DNA of 64,000 bases, taken from the NCBI GenBank assembly GCA_041287635.1, contig JBGGNG010000149.1, positions 3,424 to 67,423 on the forward strand, read 5' to 3'. The DNA comes from Actinomycetota bacterium. Its GTDB lineage: Bacteria; Actinomycetota; UBA4738; HRBIN12. The first letter of the stretch is position 1; every line of letters starts with the position of its first letter. The position numbers were made by a program, and so were the translations under genes. A model generated the notes under the pieces. That model was not told where the DNA came from, did not search any database, and saw only the letters and a program-made list of their open reading frames with translations. Of the stretch, positions 1 to 8,196 are shown one piece after another.

Positions 1-130
1 GCTGGAACGCCACGGCCCGACCCCCCAGCATCGGTTGTCGTTCGCGCCGTGCGCCCAGCCCTCGCTGTTCTCGGATGCCGGCGCCGGACCCGCCGATGGT
101 GGACGGGATGGGGCTCACGCCCAGGCGTGA
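1..130 (+). CDS. rnhB: RNase HII, 3' end only (gene begins upstream of window)
   Basis: Frame 2 reads ...LERHGPTPQHRLSFAPCAQ... and stops at TGA 128-130. The HR.SFAP C-terminal signature and the position just before DUF2469 fit the usual actinobacterial order. Confidence 0.5.
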   Translation, partial: LERHGPTPQHRLSFAPCAQPSLFSDAGAGPADGGRDGAHAQA

Positions 131-141
131 GAAGCTGAACC

Positions 142-462
142 ATGATGAGCGACGACGACATCGAGCGGTTCGAAGAGGAGCGCGAGCTCGAGCTCTATCG
201 GGAGTACCGCGACGTCCTCCCGATGTTCACGTACGTGATCGAGACGGAACGCCGCTTCTACCTCGCGAACCAGGTGCGCCTCACGCCCCTCGACGAGGGT
301 TGGGTGCAGATCGATCTCACCGACGCATGGGTGTGGGACATGTTCCGGCCCGCCCGGTTCGTGGCGAGCGTCCGGGTCATGACCAGGCGCGACGTGAACG
401 TCGAGGAGCTCGCGAAGCGCGACGAGCCCACGACGATCCCCGACACCCCGACCGCACCGTAG
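142..462 (+). CDS. DUF2469 family protein
   Basis: 106-aa ORF. YREYRDVLPMFTYVIETERRFYLANQV... is recognised as the conserved actinobacterial DUF2469 protein that normally lies between rnhB and yraN. Confidence 0.75.
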   Translation: MMSDDDIERFEEERELELYREYRDVLPMFTYVIETERRFYLANQVRLTPLDEGWVQIDLTDAWVWDMFRPARFVASVRVMTRRDVNVEELAKRDEPTTIPDTPTAP

Positions 463-529
463 CCCTCGACCCTGCGGACCCATTCAGGCCCGTGGCCACC
501 GTGTCACACCCTCGGCGTAGCGTCGTCGC

Positions 530-901
530 ATGTCCGACCTGCGCTCGAGCCTCGGCGCCCGCGGCGAACGAGTCACGCTCGATCTCTACCGCCAGCGTGG
601 GTTCACGCTTGTCGCCGCCAACTGGCGATGCAGTCTCGGCGAGATCGACCTCGTCCTGCGTCGTCGCGACGTCCTCGTGTTCTGCGAGGTGAAGACGCGC
701 CGGGGGTCTCGGCGGGGCGCCGGGTTCGAGGCCGTCGACACGCGGAAGCAGCGCAAGGTGCGGGCGCTCGCCGAGGTCTTCCTCTTGACCCACGGCGTGG
801 GGCCGGTGTCGGTGCGGTTCGACGTCGCGAGCGTGGCGATCGACCCGGGCCAGATCGCCGGGGGGTCGACGCAGGTCGAGCTCTTCGAAGACGCCTTCTG
901 A
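530..901 (+). CDS. yraN: YraN/UPF0102 family endonuclease-like protein
   Basis: 123 aa. GEIDLVLRRRDVLVFCEVKTRR core and length are typical of UPF0102. Conserved position upstream of comM. Confidence 0.85.
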   Translation: MSDLRSSLGARGERVTLDLYRQRGFTLVAANWRCSLGEIDLVLRRRDVLVFCEVKTRRGSRRGAGFEAVDTRKQRKVRALAEVFLLTHGVGPVSVRFDVASVAIDPGQIAGGSTQVELFEDAF

Positions 902-957
902 GGCATCCTCGGGCGTCCGAGGACGCCCGCCAGGGTGTAGGGCACGCTCGCGGACTA

Positions 958-1017
958 GGCCGAAGGACTGGCCGAAGGACTGGCTGAAGGACTGGCTGAA
1001 GGACTGGCTGAAGGACT
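958..1017. repeat. Perfect/near-perfect 12-bp tandem repeat GGCYGAAGGACT x5
   Basis: Read directly: ggccgaaggact x2 then ggctgaaggact x3, in the 385-bp convergent intergenic region between yraN and the decarboxylase gene. Confidence 0.95.
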
Positions 1018-1286
1018 GGGTCCATGACCCATCGCCGGGCTCTTCGGCCGTAGCGCGCCCGGGGCGGGCGCCCTACCATCGCCGGACCATGAAGACGCGA
1101 CCTCAGCCCGAAGAGCTCAAGCCGCGCCGTCGACCCTGGGACAACACGGGCCTGCGCCACCGGGTGGAGGGCCGACAGATCGACGGCGTCGACGTCCTCG
1201 CGCTCCAATCATCGGTCGTCGATCGGGCGCCGGAGCCGTCCCGTCGGTGGCTGCGTCGGTCGCGCTGACCCGACCGCACACGGCTC

Positions 1287-2822
1287 CTACTCGAGGTCCA
1301 TCGCCCGACGGACGTCGGACGAGAGACGGCGCAGCGCGTCCACCATGCGATCGACGTCGGCCTCGGTCGACAGGTAGTTCACGATGCCTGCCCGTAAGAA
1401 CGTGCGGCCTCGGAGCGTCGTCACGCTCACCCACGCGTCACCGCTGATCTCCAGTGCCCGCTGGAGCCGAGCCTGGTAGTCGTCGAGCACCTCGAGCGGC
1501 CAGTCACCGTGACGTGACGGCAGGTGCCGGAAGCACACGACGCTCAGCTCCGGCTCGGCCGGTTCGGCCTCCAAGTCGGGTTCCTGCAAGCAGCGACCCG
1601 CCAGGTACGCCGCGAGGTCGTCGTTCTGCTCGATCAGCGCACCCAGCCCATCGGTGCCCATCTGCTTCCAGCTCATCCAGAGCTTCAGCCCGCGGAACCG
1701 CCGCGTGCCCTCCAGGGAGTACTGGTACCAGTTCAGAGGCTCGTCCTCGGGGCGGTTCGACGCGTAGTACTCGGGCGCCTCGTGGAACGTGCTCAGGAGA
1801 TCCTCGCGTCGGCGTACCACGAGGGCCCCGATGTCGTAGGCCTGGAAGAACCACTTGTGGGGATCGATCGTGACCGTGTCGGCTCGCTCGAGTCCCGGCA
1901 CCCGATGGGCATCTCGCCGCGAGAGCCGGGCGGCTCCGCCGTACGCGGCGTCGACGTGTAACCAGACACCCTCGCGCTCGGCCACGTCGGCGAGCCCCGG
2001 TGTGTCGTCGACCGATCCCGTGTTCGTCGAGCCCGCGACCGCCGCGATCGCGAGCGGCGTCAGTCCGGCGGCTCGATCGCGTTCGATCGCCTCAGCCACG
2101 GGTGCCGCCTGCATGCGGAACCGCTCGTCGCTCTCGACCACGACGAGCGTCTCGTCCGGGAAGCCGAGCACGCCCAGCGCCCGGGCGATCGAGAAGTGGG
2201 TCTGATCGCTCGCGTAGACCCGCACCCCGTCGAGATCGGCGCCGCGCGGAGCCCCGGCCGTGCCCCGGAGCTTCGACAGCCAGACGTCGCGCGCGACCGT
2301 CATCGCCATGACGTTGGCCATGACGCCGCCGCTCGTCAGCACCCCCCAGCCCTCCGGCCCGAAGCCGACCAGCTCCCGCAGCCAGTCGGTCACCTCTTCC
2401 TCGACGAACGTGCCGATCGGACCGGCGTGCCAGACGTCGACGCCCTGGTGGATCCATTGCGAGAGCATCTCGCCGGCGATCGAGCTCGGCAGGGGGGGAG
2501 GCGTGAAGTAGCTGAACGAGCCGGGGTGCTGAGCGTTGTAGGTGGCCGGCGCGACGCGCTCGCGGAACTCGGCGAGCACGTCGCTCCACGGGCTGGGCGA
2601 CATCGGGGCCGGCGCGGCGTGGTTCGTCGGTCCGAAGAAGTCACGCCTCGCGTCGGGGTAGGAGCGGGAGTGCATCGGTCGGCGCAGCGCCTCGCCGTAG
2701 AGCCAATCGAGGGCCTCGCGCCAGGTCTGCTCCCCGAGGGCCTCGAGGGCCGCGCGGGAGCGCGGCTCGTCGACGATGTCGATCAGCTCGGGCTCCGGGC
2801 TCCATTCGAAGCGCTCGGACAC
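1287..2822 (-). CDS. PLP-dependent group II amino-acid decarboxylase
   Basis: 511 aa. Pyridoxal-lysine motif TIDPHKWF, plus HVDAAYGG and TSGGVMANVMA, as in DOPA/Tyr/Glu decarboxylase-fold enzymes. Substrate not inferable. Confidence 0.85.
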   Translation of the reverse strand: MSERFEWSPEPELIDIVDEPRSRAALEALGEQTWREALDWLYGEALRRPMHSRSYPDARRDFFGPTNHAAPAPMSPSPWSDVLAEFRERVAPATYNAQHPGSFSYFTPPPLPSSIAGEMLSQWIHQGVDVWHAGPIGTFVEEEVTDWLRELVGFGPEGWGVLTSGGVMANVMAMTVARDVWLSKLRGTAGAPRGADLDGVRVYASDQTHFSIARALGVLGFPDETLVVVESDERFRMQAAPVAEAIERDRAAGLTPLAIAAVAGSTNTGSVDDTPGLADVAEREGVWLHVDAAYGGAARLSRRDAHRVPGLERADTVTIDPHKWFFQAYDIGALVVRRREDLLSTFHEAPEYYASNRPEDEPLNWYQYSLEGTRRFRGLKLWMSWKQMGTDGLGALIEQNDDLAAYLAGRCLQEPDLEAEPAEPELSVVCFRHLPSRHGDWPLEVLDDYQARLQRALEISGDAWVSVTTLRGRTFLRAGIVNYLSTEADVDRMVDALRRLSSDVRRAMDLE

Positions 2823-2913
2823 GATGGCGAGGCTAGCAGGGACTCCGGCGACGTGGGCCTGACGTGACGCAGGTCACCGACGCCCGAGGCGACGCGCCCT
2901 AGCGTACGATCGC

Positions 2914-4449
2914 ATGTACGGACGGGTGCTCGGGGTGACGGTGCTCGGGGTCGGGGGACACCTCGTGACCGTCGAGGCCCACGTGGGTCGAGGGCTCCCT
3001 TCCCTCACGCTCACGGGGCTGCCGGGGGCCGCCGTGCGCGACGCGTGCGACCGCATCCGTCCGGCCGTCGAGAGCCAAGGGCTCGAGTGGCCACTGCGAC
3101 GGGTGGTCGTGAATCTCGCGCCAGGCACCCTGCGCAAGGAGGGTCCGGGGCTCGACCTCCCAGTCGCGGCGGGCATCCTGGCAGCCACCGCTCAGATCCC
3201 CGCCACGGCGCTCGAGCGATACGCGTTGGCCGGTGAGCTCTCGTTGAAGGGCGAGCTGATGCCGACCCCCGGGGTCCTCTCGGTCGCGATCGCGGCGGCA
3301 CGCGCGGGGCTCGAGGGGGTGATCGTGCCTCGCGCGAACGCGCTCGAGGCCACGCAGGTCGACCGGCTTGGGGTCGTGCCGGCGGCGACGCTCACCGAGG
3401 TGGTGGGGTTCCTCAGAGGAACGTGGCAGCCGCCGGCGATCGACGAAAGGGTGCTCGAGATCAACGGATCGGCTGAGGTCGACTTCGGCGACGTTCGAGG
3501 GCAGACACAGGCGCGCCGCGCCCTCGAGGTCGCGGCGGCCGGAGGCCACAACGTGCTGATGGTCGGCTCGCCCGGGGCCGGCAAGACGATGTTGGCGCGA
3601 CGCATGACGACGATCCTGCCGAGCCTCGCCCGCGACGAATCGCTCGAGGCGACGCAGCTGCACTCGGTGGCGGGACTGCTGGCCGGGCGGGGTGTGCTGC
3701 GGTCTCGCCCGTTCCGAGCGCCCCATCATTCGATCTCGATGACGGGCTTGCTCGGAGGGGGTTCGTCGTATCTGCGACCCGGAGAGGCGTCGCTCGCTCA
3801 CCACGGTGTGTTGTTCCTCGACGAGCTCACGGAGTTCCGTCGCGACGCGATCGAGGGACTGCGACAGCCTCTGGAGGACGGCCGCGTCGTCATCACCCGG
3901 GCCGTGGGCTCGGTCGAGTTCCCCGCGAGGTTCACATTGGTCGCCGCAGCGAACCCCTGCCCGTGCGGGTTCGAGGGTGACCAGCGGCGTCAGTGCCGAT
4001 GCCGGTCCGACCGTGTCGACCAGTACCGGCAGAAGCTCTCCGGCCCGCTCCTCGACCGTATCGACCTGCGATTGCGCGTGCCACGGCTCACGAAGCACGA
4101 GCTCATGGGGAGCGACGCAGGGGAGCCCTCGGCTTCGATCCGTGACCGGGTCCAGGCCGCCCGCGACCGTCAGCGTGCGAGGTGGGCAGATCTCTCCGTG
4201 GCGTGCAATGCCCATCTGCCCGGTCCTGTCGCCCGACGCCGGGTCCGGCTCACCGCAGAGGCCGAGTCCACGCTCGGTGCTGTGGTCGACCAGCTGTGCC
4301 TCACGGGGCGTGGGTTCGACCGCGCGATCAAGGTCGCGCGCACGATCGCCGATCTCGACGCCGCCGACATCGTGCAGACGGAGCACATCGCCGAGGCCCT
4401 CTCCTACCGTGACGGTGTCGTCCAGGAGGGCCTCGCCCGTGCTGGCTGA
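2914..4449 (+). CDS. comM: Mg-chelatase-like AAA+ ATPase YifB/ComM
   Basis: 511 aa. N-terminal Lon-S5-like domain, Walker A GSPGAGKTMLA, ChlI-like core (HHGVLFLDEL). Conserved neighbour of yraN and dprA. Confidence 0.9.
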   Translation: MYGRVLGVTVLGVGGHLVTVEAHVGRGLPSLTLTGLPGAAVRDACDRIRPAVESQGLEWPLRRVVVNLAPGTLRKEGPGLDLPVAAGILAATAQIPATALERYALAGELSLKGELMPTPGVLSVAIAAARAGLEGVIVPRANALEATQVDRLGVVPAATLTEVVGFLRGTWQPPAIDERVLEINGSAEVDFGDVRGQTQARRALEVAAAGGHNVLMVGSPGAGKTMLARRMTTILPSLARDESLEATQLHSVAGLLAGRGVLRSRPFRAPHHSISMTGLLGGGSSYLRPGEASLAHHGVLFLDELTEFRRDAIEGLRQPLEDGRVVITRAVGSVEFPARFTLVAAANPCPCGFEGDQRRQCRCRSDRVDQYRQKLSGPLLDRIDLRLRVPRLTKHELMGSDAGEPSASIRDRVQAARDRQRARWADLSVACNAHLPGPVARRRVRLTAEAESTLGAVVDQLCLTGRGFDRAIKVARTIADLDAADIVQTEHIAEALSYRDGVVQEGLARAG

Positions 4450-4474
4450 TGCGCGCGGGCGGCGACGCACCGAT

Positions 4475-5605
4475 GTGCCCAGGTGGGCGCTCGACGTGCC
4501 GCCGGGGTTCCCCGACGGGTACGCCGAAGGCTCGGGGGCACGCGCCGCCCTGCTGGTGCTGTCGGCGCTTCGCGGCATCAAGCCGCACCAGCTGCACGAG
4601 CTCGCGTGGGCGGAGGGTACTGCAGAGGGGAGCCTGGCAGCGATCCGAGCGGGGGCGGCCGGCAGCGAGGCGGATCAGGAGTGGGCGCGGATTCTCGACC
4701 CCGCCGTGATCGAACGCGAAGCCGGACAGCACGGGGCACGATTCGTGACGCCGGTCGACGACGAGTACCTGCCGCAGTTCCTCGAGCTCCTGCATGACCC
4801 GCCCGTGGCGGTCTTCGTGTCCGGTCGCTCGCTCACCGATCTGCCCGATCGGGTCGCGATCGTGGGCGCGCGCAACTGCTCGCCGTCGGGCAACGAGGTC
4901 GCCATGCGCATCGCAGCGGGCCTCGGTGGGGTGGGGGCGTGCGTCGTGAGCGGGGCGGCCCGGGGTATCGACGCCGCCGCGCACCGCGGAGCCCTGCACG
5001 CGGCCGGCACCACCATCGCGGTCCTCGGTTCAGGGCACGACCTGCCCTATCCGAAAGGCAGCACCGAACTGGTCGCGCGCGTCGCCGCGTCCGGTGCCGT
5101 CGTGAGCGAGTACGCGCCAGGGGTGGTGGCGGAGCCGTTCCGGTTCCCGGCACGTAACCGGCTCGTGGCCGCACTCGGTCGTGCTCTGGTCGTCGTGGAA
5201 GGAGCCCACGGCAGCGGCTCGATGATCAGCGTCGATCACGCGCTCGACCTCGGCCGCGACATCTTCGCGGTGCCCGGGCCGGTGACGAACCCACTGGCCG
5301 AGGTGCCGCTCGCTCTGATCCGCGAGGGAGCCACCATGATCCGTGGGCCCGACGACCTGCTTGACGACCTCGGATACGCGTTCCGGCTCTCGGTCGAGCC
5401 GCCCCCGTCCCTGCTCGGCGACGAGCGGGCGGTCTACCAGGCCCTCGGAGGCTCGGGACTCGCCGACGCGATCTCGGCCGAGACCGGGTTGTCGCTTCCC
5501 ACCGTGACCACGATCCTGCTCACGCTCGAACTGAAAGGCCTCGTGCGCACGGTCGGTGGGCGCTACGAACGCACGGTCCCAGGGAGCACCAGCATCGCCC
5601 CGTGA
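4475..5605 (+). CDS. dprA: DNA-processing protein DprA
   Basis: In-frame GTG at 4475, just after the comM stop. Core motifs VSGAARGIDAAAHRGAL and FRFPARNRL. The 5' part of track ORF 3806..5605 overlaps comM out of frame. Start is approximate. Confidence 0.85.
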   Translation: MPRWALDVPPGFPDGYAEGSGARAALLVLSALRGIKPHQLHELAWAEGTAEGSLAAIRAGAAGSEADQEWARILDPAVIEREAGQHGARFVTPVDDEYLPQFLELLHDPPVAVFVSGRSLTDLPDRVAIVGARNCSPSGNEVAMRIAAGLGGVGACVVSGAARGIDAAAHRGALHAAGTTIAVLGSGHDLPYPKGSTELVARVAASGAVVSEYAPGVVAEPFRFPARNRLVAALGRALVVVEGAHGSGSMISVDHALDLGRDIFAVPGPVTNPLAEVPLALIREGATMIRGPDDLLDDLGYAFRLSVEPPPSLLGDERAVYQALGGSGLADAISAETGLSLPTVTTILLTLELKGLVRTVGGRYERTVPGSTSIAP

Positions 5606-5732
5606 GCACCGAGCACGTTCTCCCGGGAAGCCTTCACCCGGGAAGCTTGCAGGCGCACCGCGCCGTTGATAGACAAGGGCTGCCCGTGGCCTCGCCCGAG
5701 CCGACCGGGTCCCCGAGAGCCGAAAGGACCAT

Positions 5733-6686
5733 GTGCACCCCGACGACGAGCTTCCCCCGTCCGAGGCCGGCCTGATCGATGCGTTCGGATCGCACCTCGC
5801 GCTCGAACGCCACCTCTCGGCCCATACCGTCACCGCCTACCGGCGCGACCTTGCGCAACTCGCGACGTTCCTGCACCGCGGGGGAGAGTCGCTCGCCTCG
5901 GCCACCTACCCGTTGCTGCGGCGCTTCCTCGCCCAACAGCACACGCTCGGATACGCACGTGCATCCGTGGCCCGCAAGGTGGGTTCGATCCACACCTTCT
6001 ACCGGTGGGCACTCGCCTCGGGCCGGGTCACCGACGATCCGTCGCTGCTGCTCGGGCGGCCCAAGGTCGTGAACCGCTTGCCGACCGTGTTGAGGGCCGG
6101 CGAGGCAGCCGCGCTCGCGGAGGCGCCGGCGACAGCTGGCGCAGTCGCCGACGCAGACGCAGACGTTCGACCGGTCGACCGAGCCGTCGCTCTGCGCGAC
6201 GTCGCGGCACTCGAGCTGATGTACGGTTCGGGGCTGCGCGTGGGTGAAGTCGCTGCCCTCACGATCGACCGCGTCGACCTCGATGGGCGGCGGGTCACGG
6301 TCATGGGCAAGGGGGCCAAGGAGCGAGGGGTGCCGATCTCCGACTACGCGGCGGAGGCGCTCGAGGTCTACCTGCGCGAGGGAAGGCCCCTGCTCGCCAC
6401 CCAGGGCGTCCGCGGGCTCTTCTTCAACCGTCGCCAGAAGCCCTTCAGCTCCAGGGATATCCGTACGATGGTGGAACGATATGGCGGTACAGTGCTGCCG
6501 GGCCGGCGGGTGACGCCGCACACCCTGCGACACTCGTTCGCCACGCATCTTCTGGAAGGGGGAGCCGACATCCGAGCCGTGCAGGAACTCTTGGGGCACG
6601 CGAGCGTTGCGACGACGCAGCGGTACACGCACGTCTCCCGGGCTCGGTTGTTCCAGGCCTACGAGCAGAGTCACCCGAGGGCTTGA
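5733..6686 (+). CDS. xerC: Tyrosine recombinase XerC
   Basis: 317 aa. C-terminal catalytic signature HTLRHSFATHLLEGGADIRAVQELLGHASVATTQRYTH. Conserved position after dprA. Confidence 0.9.
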   Translation: MHPDDELPPSEAGLIDAFGSHLALERHLSAHTVTAYRRDLAQLATFLHRGGESLASATYPLLRRFLAQQHTLGYARASVARKVGSIHTFYRWALASGRVTDDPSLLLGRPKVVNRLPTVLRAGEAAALAEAPATAGAVADADADVRPVDRAVALRDVAALELMYGSGLRVGEVAALTIDRVDLDGRRVTVMGKGAKERGVPISDYAAEALEVYLREGRPLLATQGVRGLFFNRRQKPFSSRDIRTMVERYGGTVLPGRRVTPHTLRHSFATHLLEGGADIRAVQELLGHASVATTQRYTHVSRARLFQAYEQSHPRA

Positions 6687-6689
6687 GTC

Positions 6690-7565
6690 GTGACCCCCGC
6701 CAAGAAGACGGCCACGAAGACGCCGGCCAAGTCGGCCGCGAAAACCGTTGCGAAGTCCCGGGCCAAGGCCGTGGCGTTCGACCCCAGCGTGACGATCCCG
6801 CCGCACGTCGACGACGAGCTCGGACAGCATTGGCATCGCTTCAAGAGCACGGGTGAGGAGGAGGCACGCGAGAAGCTCATCCTTCACTACGCGCCGCTCG
6901 TGAAGTACGTGGCGAGCAGGGTCGCGACCGGTCTTCCTGCAAGCGTCGAACAGGCCGACCTCGTGAGCTATGGCATGTTCGGTTTGATCGACGCTCTCAC
7001 GAAGTTCGAGCCGGGGCGGGGCAACAAGTTCGAGACGTACGCGATCCCGCGCATCAAAGGCGCGATCATCGACGAGCTGCGCGCGATGGACTGGGTGCCG
7101 CGGTCGATCCGATTCAAGGCGCGCGAGATCGAGAAAGCCCACACCGACCTCGAGTCGATGCTGAAGCGGCAACCCACCGAGCAGGAGATGGCGGAGCGCC
7201 TGGGCATCACCCGTCGCGAGCTGCACGACGTCGTCTCACAGATCTCGTTCGTCTCCGTGCTCGCCCTCGACGAACTCGTGTCGGTCGGGGCCGACCGCGG
7301 GGAACAGGTCTCGCTGATCGACACGCTCGCCGACCGCGGCATCGACCCGACGTCGGGCGTCGAGTCGCAGGAGACCCGCGGTCTGCTGGCCGCCGCGATC
7401 AACGAGCTCTCCGAGCGAGAGAAAATCGTCGTCACGCTCTACTACTTCGAGGGGCTCACGCTCGCCGAGATCGGCCAGATCCTCGGTGTCACCGAGTCCC
7501 GGGTCTGCCAGATCCACACGAAGGCGGTCGGCGGGCTGCGGGGTCAGCTCACCGAAGTCGAGTAG
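6690..7565 (+). CDS. whiG: Sigma-28 type (WhiG/FliA family) RNA polymerase sigma factor with Lys/Ala-rich N-terminal tail
   Basis: 291 aa. Region 2 is YAIPRIKGAIIDELR and region 4.2 is LAEIGQILGVTESRVCQIHTKA. Same position as whiG in Streptomyces-type synteny. N-terminus is AKKTATKTPAKSAAKTVAKSRAKA. Confidence 0.8.
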   Translation: MTPAKKTATKTPAKSAAKTVAKSRAKAVAFDPSVTIPPHVDDELGQHWHRFKSTGEEEAREKLILHYAPLVKYVASRVATGLPASVEQADLVSYGMFGLIDALTKFEPGRGNKFETYAIPRIKGAIIDELRAMDWVPRSIRFKAREIEKAHTDLESMLKRQPTEQEMAERLGITRRELHDVVSQISFVSVLALDELVSVGADRGEQVSLIDTLADRGIDPTSGVESQETRGLLAAAINELSEREKIVVTLYYFEGLTLAEIGQILGVTESRVCQIHTKAVGGLRGQLTEVE

Positions 7566-7643
7566 CCCGCTCTCTCACCGATCCCACTCGAGCTGTGATC
7601 TGCGTCACGGTGCTCGCGCCATGAGGTGGATAGCGTCTTCGTC

Positions 7644-8150
7644 ATGCGGACCCGCCGATCGTTCCTCACGAGCTGGGTGCTCCTCACCACCGCGGTGGTC
7701 GGGCTCGCCGTCTCGCCGGCCGTCGCGGCCGGAACCTGGACCTGGCCGGTCGAGGGTCCGGTGATCCGCGGGTTCGATCCCCCCGACTCGCCGTACGGCT
7801 CTGGACACCGCGGCGTCGACATCGCGGCGCCAGCCGGGAGCGTCGCGGTCGCCCCGGCCGACGGCACGGTCGCCTTCGCGGGTCAGGTCGGGGGTCGTCT
7901 CTTCCTCACGATCGATCACGGTCGCGGCCTCGAGTCCACGTTCTCGTGGGTGGCGAGCCTCGACGTCCGTCGTGGTGACGTGGTGCGCCAGGGCCAGGCG
8001 GTGGCTCGCAGCGGCGGCGGGCACACCGGTGACCTCATCCCCAATCTGCACTTCGGGGTGAGGCTCGACGACGCGTACGTCGATCCTCTGACCTACCTCG
8101 CGTCCATCGATATCAGCGCGCTGATCAGGCTCGCGCCGCTCGCCGCCTGA
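7644..8150 (+). CDS. Secreted M23 family metallopeptidase
   Basis: Signal peptide MRTRRSFLTSWVLLTTAVVGLAVSPAVAA. M23 motifs HRGVDIAAP and NLHFGVR. GAGGTGGA lies 12 nt upstream of ATG 7644. Confidence 0.85.
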   Translation: MRTRRSFLTSWVLLTTAVVGLAVSPAVAAGTWTWPVEGPVIRGFDPPDSPYGSGHRGVDIAAPAGSVAVAPADGTVAFAGQVGGRLFLTIDHGRGLESTFSWVASLDVRRGDVVRQGQAVARSGGGHTGDLIPNLHFGVRLDDAYVDPLTYLASIDISALIRLAPLAA

Positions 8151-8196
8151 TCTCGTCGGCGTGTCCCAGCCGCCCGGCGTTTAGGATGACGCGGCC

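Noticed and set aside
958-1017. Tandem repeat as a CRISPR array
   Set aside because: The units are 12 bp and directly abutting with no spacers, and there are no cas genes. It is a simple minisatellite.
3806-4474. N-terminal 220 aa of the long dprA track ORF
   Set aside because: This part overlaps comM in another frame and is Ser/Arg/Pro-rich. DprA homology starts only after the comM stop, and an in-frame GTG at 4475 fits.
2899-4581. 560-aa minus-strand ORF (similar cases: 5634..7226, 8181..9782, 54749..56101, 62482..63672)
   Set aside because: All are antisense to motif-supported genes (comM, xerC/sigma, the propeller protein, rnj, thpR/recA leader), and all translate to Arg/Pro/Gly-rich strings.
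2914-5605. comM-dprA as evidence of a special competence island
   Set aside because: Both genes are near-universal in actinobacteria at exactly this position. No pilus or com uptake genes are present.
5733-6686. Tyrosine recombinase as a marker of an integrated mobile element
   Set aside because: It has the XerC signature and sits in the conserved dprA-xerC-sigma position. There is no adjacent excisionase, phage or plasmid gene, tRNA target or flanking direct repeat.
7771-7780. GGTTCGATCC T-loop-like string (also near 5985) as a hidden tRNA
   Set aside because: It lies inside well-supported coding sequences (M23 peptidase, xerC). I could not build an acceptor stem or anticodon arm around it.
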